Below, piece after piece: positions 1 to 15,799 of a stretch of 64,000 nucleotides of DNA; within the stretch, counting starts at the first letter, position 1, and every line of letters begins with the position of its first letter. A program made the translations under genes and the position numbers. The stretch is from Eledone cirrhosa (taxonomy: Eukaryota). The DNA lies in the NCBI GenBank assembly GCA_964016885.1, contig OZ024759.1, positions 434,001 to 498,000 of the forward strand, read 5' to 3'. The notes beneath the pieces are model-generated. The model searched no databases. It had not been told where the DNA came from and was given only the letters and a program-made list of their open reading frames with translations.

Positions 1-3000
1 ATTAGTAACATGACACAGTCTATATTAGTAACATGACAATGTCTATATTAGTAACATGACACCGTCCATATTAGTAACATGACAAAGTCTATATTAGTAA
101 CATGACACAGTCGATATTAGTAACATGACACGGTCTATATTAGTAACATGACAAAGTCTATATTAGTAACATGACACAGTCTATATTAGTAACATGACAA
201 AGTCTATATTAGTAACATGACACAGTCTATATTAGTAACATGACAAAGTCCATATTAGTAACATGACACAGTCTATATTAGTAACATGACAAAGTCTATA
301 TTAGTAACATGACACAGTCTATATTAGTAACATGACAAAGTCTATATTAGTAACATGACACAGTCTATATTAGTAACATGACAAAGTCTATATTAGTAAC
401 ATGACACAGTCTATATTAGTAACATGACACGGTCTATATTAGTAACATGACAAAGTCTATATTAGTAACATTACACAGTCTATATTAGTAACATGACAAA
501 GTCTATATTAGTAACATGACACAGTCTTTATTAGTAACATGACACAGTCTTTATTAGTAACATGACACAGTCTATATTAGTAACATGACACAGTCTATAT
601 TAGTAACATGACAAAGTCTATATTAGTAACATGACACAGTCTATATTAGTAACATGACAAAGTCTATATTAGTAACATGACACAGTCTATATTAGTAACA
701 TGACAAAGTCTATATTAGTAACATGACACAGTCTATATTAGTAACATGACAAAGTCTATATTAGTAACATGACACAGTCTATATTAGTAACATGACAAAG
801 TCTATATTAGTAGCATGACAAAGTCTATATTAGTAACATGACAAAGTCTATATTAGTAACATGACACAGACTATATTAGTAACATGACAAAGACTATATT
901 AGTAACATGACAGTCTATATTAGTAACATGACAAAGTCTATATTAGCAACATGACAGTCTATATTAGTAACATGACAGTCTATATTAGTAGCATGACAAA
1001 GTCTATATTAGTAACATGACAAAGTCTATATTAGTAACATGACACAGTCTATATTAGTAACATGACACAGTCTATATTAGTAACATGACAGTCTATATTA
1101 GTAGCATGACAAAGTCTATATTAGTAACATGACACAGTCTATATTAGTAACATGACATAGTCTATATTAGTAACATGACATAGTCTATATTAGTAGCATG
1201 ACAATGTCTATATTAGTAACATGACAAAGTCTATATTAGTAACATGACACAGTCTATATTAGTAACATGACAAAGTCTATATTAGTAACATGACACAGTC
1301 TATATTAGTAGCATGACAAAGTCTATATTAGTAACATGACACAGTCTATATTAGTAACATGACACAGTCTATATTAGTAACATGACAAAGTCTATATTAG
1401 TAACATGACACAGTCTATATTACTAACATGACAAAGTCTATATTAGTAACATGACACAGTCTATATTAGTAACATGACAAAGTCTATATTAGTAACATGA
1501 CACAGTCTATATTAGTAACATGACAAAGTCTCTATTAGTAACATGACACAGTCTATATTAGTAACATGACACAGTCTATATTAGTAACATGACAGTCTAT
1601 ATTAGTAGCATGACAAAGTCTATATTAGTAGCATGACAAAGTCTATATTAGTAACATGACAGTCTATATTAGTAACATGACAAAGTCTATATTAGTAGCA
1701 TGACAAAGTCTATATTAGTAGCATGACACAGTCTATATTAGTAACATGACACAGTCTATATTAGTAACATGACACAGTCTATATTAGTAACATGACAAAG
1801 TCTATATTAGTAGCATGAGAAAGTCTATATTAGTAACATGACAAAGTCTATATTAGTAACATGACACAGTCTATATTAGTAACATGACAAAGTCTATATT
1901 AGTAACATGACAAAGTCTATATTAGTAGCATGACACAGTCTATATTAGTAACATGACAAAGTCTATATTAGTAACATGACACTGTCCATATTAGTTACTT
2001 GACAAAGTCTATATTAGTAACATGACACAGTCTATATTAGTAACATGACACAGTCTATATTAGTAACAGGACAAAGTCTATATTAGTAGCATGACAAAGT
2101 CTATATTAGTAACATGACAAAGTCTATATTAGTAACATGACACAGTCTATATTAGTAACATGACAAAGTCTATATTAGTAACATGACACAGTCTATATTA
2201 GTAACATGACACAGTCTATATTAGTAACATGACACAGTCTATATTAGTAACATGACAATGTCTATATTAGTAACATGACAAAGTCTATATTAGTAACATG
2301 ACAAAGTCTATATTAGTAACATGACACAGTCTATATTAGTAACATGACAATGTCTATATTAGTAACATGACACAGTCCATATTAGTAACATGACAAAGTC
2401 TATATTACTAACATGACACAGTCGATATTAGTAACATGACACGGTCTATATTAGTAACATGACAAAGTCTATATTAGTAACATGACACAGTCTATATTAG
2501 TAACATGACAAAGTCTATATTAGTAACATGACACAGTCTATATTAGTAAAATGACAAAGTCCATATTAGTAACATGACACAGTCTATATTAGTAACATGA
2601 CAAAGTCTATATTAGTAACATGACACAGTCTATATTAGTAACATGACAAAGTCTATATTAGTAACATGACACAGTCTATATTAGTAACATGACAAAGTCT
2701 ATATTAGTAACATGACACAGTCTATATTAGTAACATGACACGGTCTATATTAGTAACATGACAAAGTCTATATTAGTAACATTACACAGTCTATATTAGT
2801 AACATGACAAAGTCTATATTAGTAACATGACACAGTCTTTATTAGTAACATGACACAGTCTTTATTAGTAACATGACACAGTCTATATTAGTAACATGAC
2901 ACAGTCTATATTAGTAACATGACAAAGTCTATATTAGTAACATGACACAGTCTATATTAGTAACATGACAAAGTCTATATTAGTAACATGACACAGTCTA

Positions 3001-4250
3001 TATTAGTAACATGACAAAGTCTATATTAGTAACATGACACAGTCTATATTAGTAACATGACAAAGTCTATATTAGTAACATGACACAGTCTATATTAGTA
3101 ACATGACAAAGTCTATATTAGTAGCATGACAAAGTCTATATTAGTAACATGACAAAGTCTATATTAGTAACATGACACAGTCTATATTAGTAACATGACA
3201 AAGACTATATTAGTAACATGACAGTCTATATTAGTAACATGACAAAGTCTATATTAGCAACATGACAGTCTATATTAGTAACATGACAGTCTATATTAGT
3301 AGCATGACAAAGTCTATATTAGTAACATGACAAAGTCTATATTAGTAACATGACACAGTCTATATTAGTAACATGACACAGTCTATATTAGTAACATGAC
3401 AGTCTATATTAGTAGCATGACAAAGTCTATATTAGTAACATGACACAGTCTATATTAGTAACATGACATAGTCTATATTAGTAACATGACATAGTCTATA
3501 TTAGTAGCATGACAATGTCTATATTAGTAACATGACAAAGTCTATATTAGTAACATGACACAGTCTATATTAGTAACATGACAAAGTCTATATTAGTAAC
3601 ATGACAAAGTCTATATTAGTAGCATGACAAAGTCTATATTAGTAACATGACACAGTCTATATTAGTAACATGACACAGTCTATATTAGTAACATGACAAA
3701 GTCTATATTAGTAACATGACACAGTCTATATTACTAACATGACAAAGTCTATATTAGTAACATGACACAGTCTATATTAGTAACATGACAAAGTCTATAT
3801 TAGTAACATGACACAGTCTATATTAGTAACATGACAAAGTCTCTATTAGTAACATGACACAGTCTATATTAGTAACATGACACAGTCTATATTAGTAACA
3901 TGACAGTCTATATTAGTAGCATGACAAAGTCTATATTAGTAGCATGACAAAGTCTATATTAGTAACATGACAGTCTATATTAGTAACATGACAAAGTCTA
4001 TATTAGTAGCATGACAAAGTCTATATTAGTAGTATGACACAGTCTATATTAGTAACATGACACAGTCTATATTAGTAACATGACACAGTCTATATTAGTA
4101 ACATGACAAAGTCTATATTAGTAGCATGAGAAAGTCTATATTAGTAACATGACAAAGTCTATATTAGTAACATGACACAGTCTATATTAGTAACATGACA
4201 AAGTCTATATTAGTAACATGACACTGTCCATATTAGTTACTTGACAAAGT
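1..4250. repeat. Higher-order tandem duplication, period 2311 bp (second copy partial or internally deleted)
   Basis: GTCGATAT variant at ~111 and ~2422; GTCTTTAT doublet at ~526 and ~2837. Both offsets are 2311, and the intervening variants occur in the same order. Confidence 0.85.
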
Positions 4251-6299
4251 CTATATTAGTAACATGACACAGTCTATATTAGTAACATGACACAGTCTAT
4301 ATTAGTAACAGGACAAAGTCTATATTAGTAGCATGACAAAGTCTATATTAGTAACATGACAAAGTCTATATTAGTAACATGACACAGTCTATATTAGTAA
4401 CATGACAAAGTCTATATTAGTAACATGACACAGTCTATATTAGTAACATGACACAGTCTATATTAGTAACATGACAGTCTATATTAGTAGCATGACAAAG
4501 TCTATATTAGTAGCATGACAGTCTATATTAGTAACATGACACAGTCTATATTAGTAGCATGACAAAGTCTATATTAGTAACATGACAGTCTATATTAGTA
4601 ACATGACAAAGTCTATATTAGTAGCATGACAAAGTCTATATTAGTAGCATGACACAGTCTATATTAGTAACATGACACAGTCTATATTAGTAACATGACA
4701 AAGTCTATATTAGTAGCATGAGAAAGTCTATATTAGTAACATGAAAAAGTCTATATTAGTAACATGACACAGTCTATACTAGTAACATGACAAAGTCTAT
4801 ATTAGTAACATGACAAAGTCTATATTAGTAACATGACACAGTCTATATTAGTAACATGACAAAGTCTATATTAGTAACATGACACTGTCTATATTAGTTA
4901 CTTGACAAAGTCTATATTAGTAACATGACACAGTCTATATTAGTAACATGACACAGTCTATATTAGTAACAGGACAAAGTCTATATTAGTAGCATGACAA
5001 AGTCTATATTAGTAACATGACAAAGTCTATATTAGTAACATGACACAGTCTATATTAGTAACATGACAAAGTCTATATTAGTAACATGACACAGTCTATA
5101 TTAGTAACACGACAAAGTCTATATTAGTAACATGAGAGTCTATATTAGTAACATGACAGTCTATATTAGTAGCATGACAAAGTCTATATTAGTAACATGA
5201 CAAAGTCTATATTAGTAACATGACAAAGTCTATATTAGTAACATGACACAGTCTATATTAGTAACATGACACAGTCTATATTAGTAACATGACACAGTCT
5301 ATATTAGTAACATGACAATGTCTATATTAGTAACATGACAAAGTCTATATTAGTAACATGACAAAGTCTATATTAGTAACATGACACAGTCTATATTAGT
5401 AACATGACAATGTCTATATTAGTAACATGACACAGTCCATATTAGTAACATGACAAAGTCTATATTAGTAACATGACACAGTCGATATTAGTAACATGAC
5501 ACGGTCTATATTAGTAACATGACAAAGTCTATATTAGTAACATGACACAGTCTATATTAGTAACATGACAAAGTCTATATTAGTAACATGACACAGTCTA
5601 TATTAGTAACATGACAAAGTCCATATTAGTAACATGACACAGTCTATATTAGTAACATGACAAAGTCTATATTAGTAACATGACACAGTCTATATTAGTA
5701 ACATTACAAAGTCTATATTAGTAACATGACACAGTCTATATTAGTAACATGACAAAGTCTATATTAGTAACATGACACAGTCTATATTAGTAACATGACA
5801 CGGTCTATATTAGTAACATGACAAAGTCTATATTAGTAACATTACACAGTCTATATTAGTAACATGACAAAGTCTATATTAGTAACATGACACAGTCTTT
5901 ATTAGTAACATGACACAGTCTTTATTAGTAACATGACACAGTCTATATTAGTAACATGACACAGTCTATATTAGTAACATGACAAAGTCTATATTAGTAA
6001 CATGACACAGTCTATATTAGTAACATGACAAAGTCTATATTAGTAACATGACACAGTCTATATTAGTAACATGACAAAGTCTATATTAGTAACATGACAC
6101 AGTCTATATTAGTAACATGACAAAGTCTATATTAGTAACATGACACAGTCTATATTAGTAACATGACAAAGTCTATATTAGTAGCATGACAAAGTCTATA
6201 TTAGTAACATGACAAAGTCTATATTAGTAACATGACACAGTCTATATTAGTAACATGACAAAGACTATATTAGTAACATGACAGTCTATATTAGTAACA

Positions 6300-9200
6300 T
6301 GACAAAGTCTATATTAGTAACATGACACAGTCTATATTAGTAACATGACATAGTCTATATTAGTAACATGACATAGTCTATATTAGTAGCATGACAATGT
6401 CTATATTAGTAACATGACAAAGTCTATATTAGTAACATGACACAGTCTATATTAGTAACATGACAAAGTCTATATTAGTAACATGACACAGTCTATATTA
6501 GTAGCATGACAAAGTCTATATTAGTAACATGACACAGTCTATATTAGTAACATGACACAGTCTATATTAGTAACATGACAAAGTCTATATTAGTAACATG
6601 ACACAGTCTATATTACTAACATGACAAAGTCTATATTAGTAACATGACACAGTCTATATTAGTAACATGACAAAGTCTATATTAGTAACATGACAAAGTC
6701 TATATTAGTAACATGACACAGTCTATATTAGTAACATGACAAAGTCTATATTAGTAACATGACACAGTCTATATTAGTAACATGACACAGTCTATATTAG
6801 TAACATGACAGTCTATATTAGTAGCATGACAAAGTCTATATTAGTAGCATGACAGTCTATATTAGTAACATGACACAGTCTATATTAGTAGCATGACAAA
6901 GTCTATATTAGTAACATGACAGTCTATATTAGTAACATGACAAAGTCTATATTAGTAGCATGACAAAGTCTATATTAGTAGCATGACACAGTCTATATTA
7001 GTAACATGACACAGTCTATATTAGTAACATGACAAAGTCTATATTAGTAGCATGAGAAAGTCTATATTAGTAACATGACAAAGTCTATATTAGTAACATG
7101 ACACAGTCTATACTAGTAACATGACAAAGTCTATATTAGTAACATGACAAAGTCTATATTAGTAACATGACACAGTCTATATTAGTAACATGACAAAGTC
7201 TATATTAGTAACATGACACTGTCTATATTAGTTACTTGACAAAGTCTATATTAGTAACATGACACAGTCTATATTAGTAACATGACACAGTCTATATTAG
7301 TAACAGGACAAAGTCTATATTAGTAGCATGACAAAGTCTATATTAGTAACATGACAAAGTCTATATTAGTAACATGACACAGTCTATATTAGTAACATGA
7401 CAAAGTCTATATTAGTAACATGACACAGTCTATATTAGTAACATGACAAAGTCTATATTAGTAACATGAGAGTCTATATTAGTAACATGACAGTCTATAT
7501 TAGTAGCATGACAAAGTCTATATTAGTAACATGACAAAGTCTATATTAGTAACATGACACAGTCTATATTAGTAACATGACACAGTCTATATTAGTAACA
7601 TGACAGTCTATATTAGTAGCATGACAAAGTCTATATTAGTAACATGACACAGTCCATATTAGTAACATGACATAGTCTATATTAGTAACATGACATAGTC
7701 TATATTAGTAGCATGACAAAGTCTATATTAGTAACATGACAAAGTCATATTAGTAACATGACACAGTCTATATTAGTAACATGACAAAGTCTATATCAGT
7801 AACATGACACAGTCTATATTAGTAACATGACACAGTCTATATTAGTAACATGACAAAGTCTATATTAGTAACATGACAAAGTCTATATTAATAACATGAC
7901 ACAGTCTATATTAGTAACATGACACAGTCTATATTAGTAACATGACATAGTCTATATTAGTAACATGACAAAGTCTATATTAGTAACATGACAGTCTATA
8001 TTGTAACATGACACAGTCTATATTAGTAACATGACACAGTCTATATTAGTAACATGACATAGTCTATATTAGTAACATGACACGGTCTATATTAGTAACA
8101 TGACAAAGTCTATATTAGTAACATTACACAGTCTATATTAGTAACATGACAAAGTCTATATTAGTAACATGACACAGTCTTTATTAGTAACATGACACAG
8201 TCTTTATTAGTAACATGACACAGTCTATATTAGTAACATGACACAGTCTATATTAGTAACATGACAAAGTCTATATTACTAACATGACACAGTCTATATT
8301 AGTAACATGACAAAGTCTATATTAGTAACATGACACAGTCTATATTAGTAACATGACAAAGTCTATATTAGTAACATGACACAGTCTATATTAGTAACAT
8401 GACAAAGTCTATATTAGTAACATGACACAGTCTATATTAGTAACATGACAAAGTCTATATTAGTAACATGACACAGTCTATATTAGTAACATGACAAAGT
8501 CTATATTAGTAGCATGACAAAGTCTATATTAGTAACATGACAAAGTCTATATTAGTAACATGACACAGTCTATATTAGTAACATGACAAAGACTATATTA
8601 GTAACATGACAGTCTATATTAGTAACATGACAAAGTCTATATTAGCAACATGACAGTCTATATTAGTAACATGACAGTCTATATTAGTAGCATGACAAAG
8701 TCTATATTAGTAACATGACAAAGTCTATATTAGTAACATGACACAGTCTATATTAGTAACATGACACAGTCTATATTAGTAACATGACAGTCTATATTAG
8801 TAGCATGACAAAGTCTATATTAGTAACATGACACAGTCTATATTAGTAACATGACATAGTCTATATTAGTAACATGACATAGTCTATATTAGTAGCATGA
8901 CAATGTCTATATTAGTAACATGACAAAGTCTATATTAGTAACATGACACAGTCTATATTAGTAACATGACAAAGTCTATATTGGTAACATGACACAGTCT
9001 ATATTAGTAGCATGACAAAGTCTATATTAGTAACATGACACAGTCTATATTAGTAACATGACACAGTCTATATTAGTAACATGACAAAGTCTATATTAGT
9101 AACATGACACAGTCTATATTACTAACATGACAAAGTCTATATTAGTAACATGACACAGTCTATATTAGTAACATGACAAAGTCTATATTAGTAACATGAC

Positions 9201-11100
9201 AAAGTCTATATTAGTAACATGACACAGTCTATATTAGTAACATGACAAAGTCTATATTAGTAACATGACACAGTCTATATTAGTAACATGACACAGTCTA
9301 TATTAGTAACATGACAGTCTATATTAGTAGCATGACAAAGTCTATATTAGTAGCATGACAGTCTATATAATAACATGACACAGTCTATATTAGTAGCATG
9401 ACAAAGTCTATATTAGTAACATGACAGTCTATATTAGTAACATGACAAAGTCTATATTAGTAGCATGACAAAGTCTATATTAGTAGCATGACACAGTCTA
9501 TATTAGTAACATGACACAGTCTATATTAGTAACATGACAAAGTCTATATTAGTAGCATGAGAAAGTCTATATTAGTAACATGACAAAGTCTATATTAGTA
9601 ACATGACACAGTCTATACTAGTAACATGACAAAGTCTATATTAGTAACATGACAAAGTCTATATTAGTAACATGACACAGTCTATATTAGTAACATGACA
9701 AAGTCTATATTAGTAACATGACACTGTCTATATTAGTTACTTGACAAAGTCTATATTAGTAACATGACACAGTCTATATTAGTAACATGACACAGTCTAT
9801 ATTAGTAACAGGACAAAGTCTATATTAGTAGCATGACAAAGTCTATATTAGTAACATGACAAAGTCTATATTAGTAACATGACACAGTCTATATTAGTAA
9901 CATGACAAAGTCTATATTAGTAACATGACACAGTCTATATTAGTAACATGACAAAGTCTATATTAGTAACATGAGAGTCTATATTAGTAACATGACAGTC
10001 TATATTAGTAGCATGACAAAGTCTATATTAGTAACATGACAAAGTCTATATTAGTAACATGACACAGTCTATATTAGTAACATGACACAGTCTATATTAG
10101 TAACATGACAGTCTATATTAGTAGCATGACAAAGTCTATATTAGTAACATGACACAGTCCATATTAGTAACATGACATAGTCTATATTAGTAACATGACA
10201 TAGTCTATATTAGTAGCATGACAAAGTCTATATTAGTAACATGACAAAGTCATATTAGTAACATGACACAGTCTATATTAGTAACATGACAAAGTCTATA
10301 TCAGTAACATGACACAGTCTATATTAGTAACATGACACAGTCTATATTAGTAACATGACAAAGTCTATATTAGTAACATGACAAAGTCTATATTAATAAC
10401 ATGACACAGTCTATATTAGTAACATGACACAGTCTATATTAGTAACATGACATAGTCTATATTAGTAACATGACAAAGTCTATATTAGTAACATGACAGT
10501 CTATATTGTAACATGACACAGTCTATATTAGTAACATGACACAGTCTATATTAGTAACATGACATAGTCTATATTAGTAACATGACACGGTCTATATTAG
10601 TAACATGACAAAGTCTATATTAGTAACATTACACAGTCTATATTAGTAACATGACAAAGTCTATATTAGTAACATGACACAGTCTTTATTAGTAACATGA
10701 CACAGTCTTTATTAGTAACATGACACAGTCTATATTAGTAACATGACACAGTCTATATTAGTAACATGACAAAGTCTATATTACTAACATGACACAGTCT
10801 ATATTAGTAACATGACAAAGTCTATATTAGTAACATGACACAGTCTATATTAGTAACATGACAAAGTCTATATTAGTAACATGACACAGTCTATATTAGT
10901 AACATGACAAAGTCTATATTAGTAACATGACACAGTCTATATTAGTAACATGACAAAGTCTATATTAGTAGCATGACAAAGTCTATATTAGTAACATGAC
11001 AAAGTCTATATTAGTAACATGACACAGTCTATATTAGTAACATGACAAAGACTATATTAGTAACATGACAGTCTATATTAGTAACATGACAAAGTCTATA
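6300..11100. repeat. Higher-order tandem duplication, period about 2505 bp
   Basis: ATGAGAGTC at ~7468 and ~9973; GTCTTTAT doublet at ~8179 and ~10684; TACTAGT at ~7111 and ~9616. All offsets are 2505. Confidence 0.8.
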
Positions 11101-14100
11101 TTAGTAACATGACACAGTCTATATTAGTAACATGACAAAGTCTATATTAGTAACATGACACAGTCTATATTAGTAACATGACAAAGTCTCTATTAGTAAC
11201 ATGACACAGTCTCTATTAGTAACATGACACAGTCTATATTAGTAACATGACAGTCTATATTAGTAGCATGACAAAGTCTATATTAGTAGCATGACAAAGT
11301 CTATATTAGTAACATGACAGTCTATATTAGTAGCATGACAAAGTCTATATTAGTAACATGACAAAGTCTATATTAGTAACATGACACAGTCTATATTAGT
11401 AACATGACACAGTCTATATTAGTAACATGACAGTCTATATTAGTAGCATGACAAAGTCTATATTAGTAACATGACACAGTCTATATTAATAACATGACAT
11501 AGACTATATTAGTAACATGACATAGTCTATATTAGTAGCATGACAATGTCTATATTAGTAACATGACAAAGTCTATATTAGTAACATGACACAGTCTATA
11601 TTAGTAACATGACAAAGTCTATATTAGTAACATGACACAGTCTATATTAGTAGCATGACAAAGTCTATATTAGTAACATGACACAGTCTATATTAGTAAC
11701 ATGACACAGTCTATATTAGTAACATGACAAAGTCTATATTAGTAACATGACACAGTCTATATTACTAACATGACAAAGTCTATATTAGTAACATGACACA
11801 GTCTATATTAGTAACATGACAAAGTCTATATTAGTAACATGACACAGTCTATATTAGTAACATGACAAAGTCTCTATTAGTAACATGACACAGTCTCTAT
11901 TAGTAACATGACACAGTCTATATTAGTAACATGACAGTCTATATTAGTAGCATGACAAAGTCTATATTAGTAGCATGACAAAGTCTATATTAGTAACATG
12001 ACAGTCTATATTAGTAACATGACAAAGTCTATATTAGTAGCATGACAAAGTCTATATTAGTAGCATGACACAGTCTATATTAGTAACATGACACAGTCTA
12101 TATTAGTAACATGACACAGTCTATATTAGTAACATGACAAAGTCTATATTAGTAGCATGAGAAAGTCTATATTAGTAACATGACAAAGTCTATATTAGCA
12201 ACATGACACAGTCTATATTAGTAACATGACAAAGTCTATATTAGTAACATGACAAAGTCTATATTAGTAACATGACACAGTCTATATTAGTAACATGACA
12301 AAGTCTATATTAGTAACATGACACTGTCTATATTAGTTACTTGACAAAGTCTATATTAGTAACATGACACAGTCTATATTAGTAACATGACACAGTCTAT
12401 ATTAGTAACATGACAAAGTCTATATTAGTAGCATGAGAAAGTCTATATTAGTAACATGACAAAGTCTATATTAGTAACATGACACAGTCTATATTAGTAA
12501 CATGACAAAGTCTATATTAGTAACATGACAAAGTCTATATTAGTAGCATGACACAGTCTATATTAGTAACATGACAAAGTCTATATTAGTAACATGACAC
12601 TGTCCATATTAGTTACTTGACAAAGTCTATATTAGTAACATGACACAGTCTATATTAGTAACATGACACAGTCTATATTAGTAACAGGACAAAGTCTATA
12701 TTAGTAGCATGACAAAGTCTATATTAGTAACATGACAAAGTCTATATTAGTAACATGACAGTCTATATTAGTAACATGACAAAGTCTATATTAGTAACAT
12801 GACACAGTCTATATTAGTAACATGACACAGTCTATATTAGTAACATGACAGTCTATATTAGTAGCATGACAAAGTCTATATTAGTAGCATGACAGTCTAT
12901 ATTAGTAACATGACACAGTCTATATTAGTAGCATGACAAAGTCTATATTAGTAACATGACAGTCTATATTAGTAACATGACAAAGTCTATATTAGTAGCA
13001 TGACAAAGTCTATATTAGTAGCATGACACAGTCTATATTAGTAACATGACACAGTCTATATTAGTAACATGACAAAGTCTATATTAGTAGCATGAGAAAG
13101 TCTATATTAGTAACATGACAAAGTCTATATTAGTAACATGACACAGTCTATACTAGTAACATGACAAAGTCTATATTAGTAACATGACAAAGTCTATATT
13201 AGTAACATGACACAGTCTATATTAGTAACATGACAAAGTCTATATTAGTAACATGACACTGTCTATATTAGTTACTTGACAAAGTCTATATTAGTAACAT
13301 GACACAGTCTATATTAGTAACATGACACAGTCTATATTAGTAACAGGACAAAGTCTATATTAGTAGCATGACAAAGTCTATATTAGTAACATGACAAAGT
13401 CTATATTAGTAACATGACACAGTCTATATTAGTAACATGACAAAGTCTATATTAGTAACATGACACAGTCTATATTAGTAACATGACAAAGTCTATATTA
13501 GTAACATGAGAGTCTATATTAGTAACATGACAGTCTATATTAGTAGCATGACAAAGTCTATATTAGTAACATGACAAAGTCTATATTAGTAACATGACAC
13601 AGTCTATATTAGTAACATGACACAGTCTATATTAGTAACATGACAGTCTATATTAGTAGCATGACAAAGTCTATATTAGTAACATGACACAGTCCATATT
13701 AGTAACATGACATAGTCTATATTAGTAACATGACATAGTCTATATTAGTAGCATGACAAAGTCTATATTAGTAACATGACAAAGTCATATTAGTAACATG
13801 ACACAGTCTATATTAGTAACATGACAAAGTCTATATCAGTAACATGACACAGTCTATATTAGTAACATGACACAGTCTATATTAGTAACATGACAAAGTC
13901 TATATTAGTAACATGACAAAGTCTATATTAATAACATGACACAGTCTATATTAGTAACATGACACAGTCTATATTAGTAACATGACAAAGTCTATATTAG
14001 TAACATGACAGTCTATATTGTAACATGACACAGTCTATATTAGTAACATGACACAGTCTATATTAGTAACATGACACAGTCTATATTAGTAACATGACAC

Positions 14101-15799
14101 GGTCTATATTAGTAACATGACAAAGTCTATATTAGTAACATTACACAGTCTATATTAGTAACATGACAAAGTCTATATTAGTAACATGACACAGTCTTTA
14201 TTAGTAACATGACACAGTCTTTATTAGTAACATGACACAGTCTATATTAGTAACATGACACAGTCTATATTAGTAACATGACAAAGTCTATATTAGTAAC
14301 ATGACACAGTCTATATTAGTAACATGACAAAGTCTATATTAGTAACATGACACAGTCTATATTAGTAACATGACAAAGTCTATATTAGTAACATGACACA
14401 GTCTATATTAGTAACATGACAAAGTCTATATTAGTAACATGACACAGTCTATATTAGTAACATGACAAAGTCTATATTAGTAGCATGACAAAGTCTATAT
14501 TAGTAACATGACAAAGTCTATATTAGTAACATGACACAGTCTATATTAGTAACATGACAAAGACTATATTAGTAACATGACAGTCTATATTAGTAACATG
14601 ACAAAGTCTATATTAGCAACATGACAGTCTATATTAGTAACATGACAGTCTATATTAGTAGCATGACAAAGTCTATATTAGTAACATGACAAAGTCTATA
14701 TTAGTAACATGACACAGTCTATATTAGTAACATGACACAGTCTATATTAGTAACATGACAGTCTATATTAGTAGCATGACAAAGTCTATATTAGTAACAT
14801 GACACAGTCTATATTAATAACATGACATAGACTATATTAGTAACATGACATAGTCTATATTAGTAGCATGGCAATGTCTATATTAGTAACATGACAAAGT
14901 CTATATTAGTAACATGACACAGTCTATATTAGTAACATGACAAAGTCTATATTAGTAACATGACACAGTCTATATTAGTAGCATGACAAAGTCTATATTA
15001 GTAACATGACACAGTCTATATTAGTAACATGACACAGTCTATATTAGTAACATGACAAAGTCTATATTAGTAACATGACACAGTCTATATTACTAACATG
15101 ACAAAGTCTATATTAGTAACATGACACAGTCTATATTAGTAACATGACAAAGTCTATATTAGTAACATGACACAGTCTATATTAGTAACATGACAAAGTC
15201 TCTATTAGTAACATGACACAGTCTCTATTAGTAACATGACACAGTCTATATTAGTAACATGACAGTCTATATTAGTAGCATGACAAAGTCTATATTAGTA
15301 GCATGACAAAGTCTATATTAGTAACATGACAGTCTATATTAGTAACATGACAAAGTCTATATTAGTAGCATGACAAAGTCTATATTAGTAGCATGACACA
15401 GTCTATATTAGTAACATGACACAGTCTATATTAGTAACATGACACAGTCTATATTAGTAACATGACAAAGTCTATATTAGTAGCATGAGAAAGTCTATAT
15501 TAGTAACATGACAAAGTCTATATTAGCAACATGACACAGTCTATATTAGTAACATGACAAAGTCTATATTAGTAACATGACACAGTCTATATTAGTAACA
15601 TGACACAGTCTATATTAGTAACATGACAGTCTATATTAGTAGCATGACAAAGTCTATATTAGTAGCATGACAGTCTATATTAGTAACATGACACAGTCTA
15701 TATTAGTAGCATGACAAAGTCTATATTAGTAACATGACAGTCTATATTAGTAACATGACAAAGTCTATATTAGTAGCATGACAAAGTCTATATTAGTAG

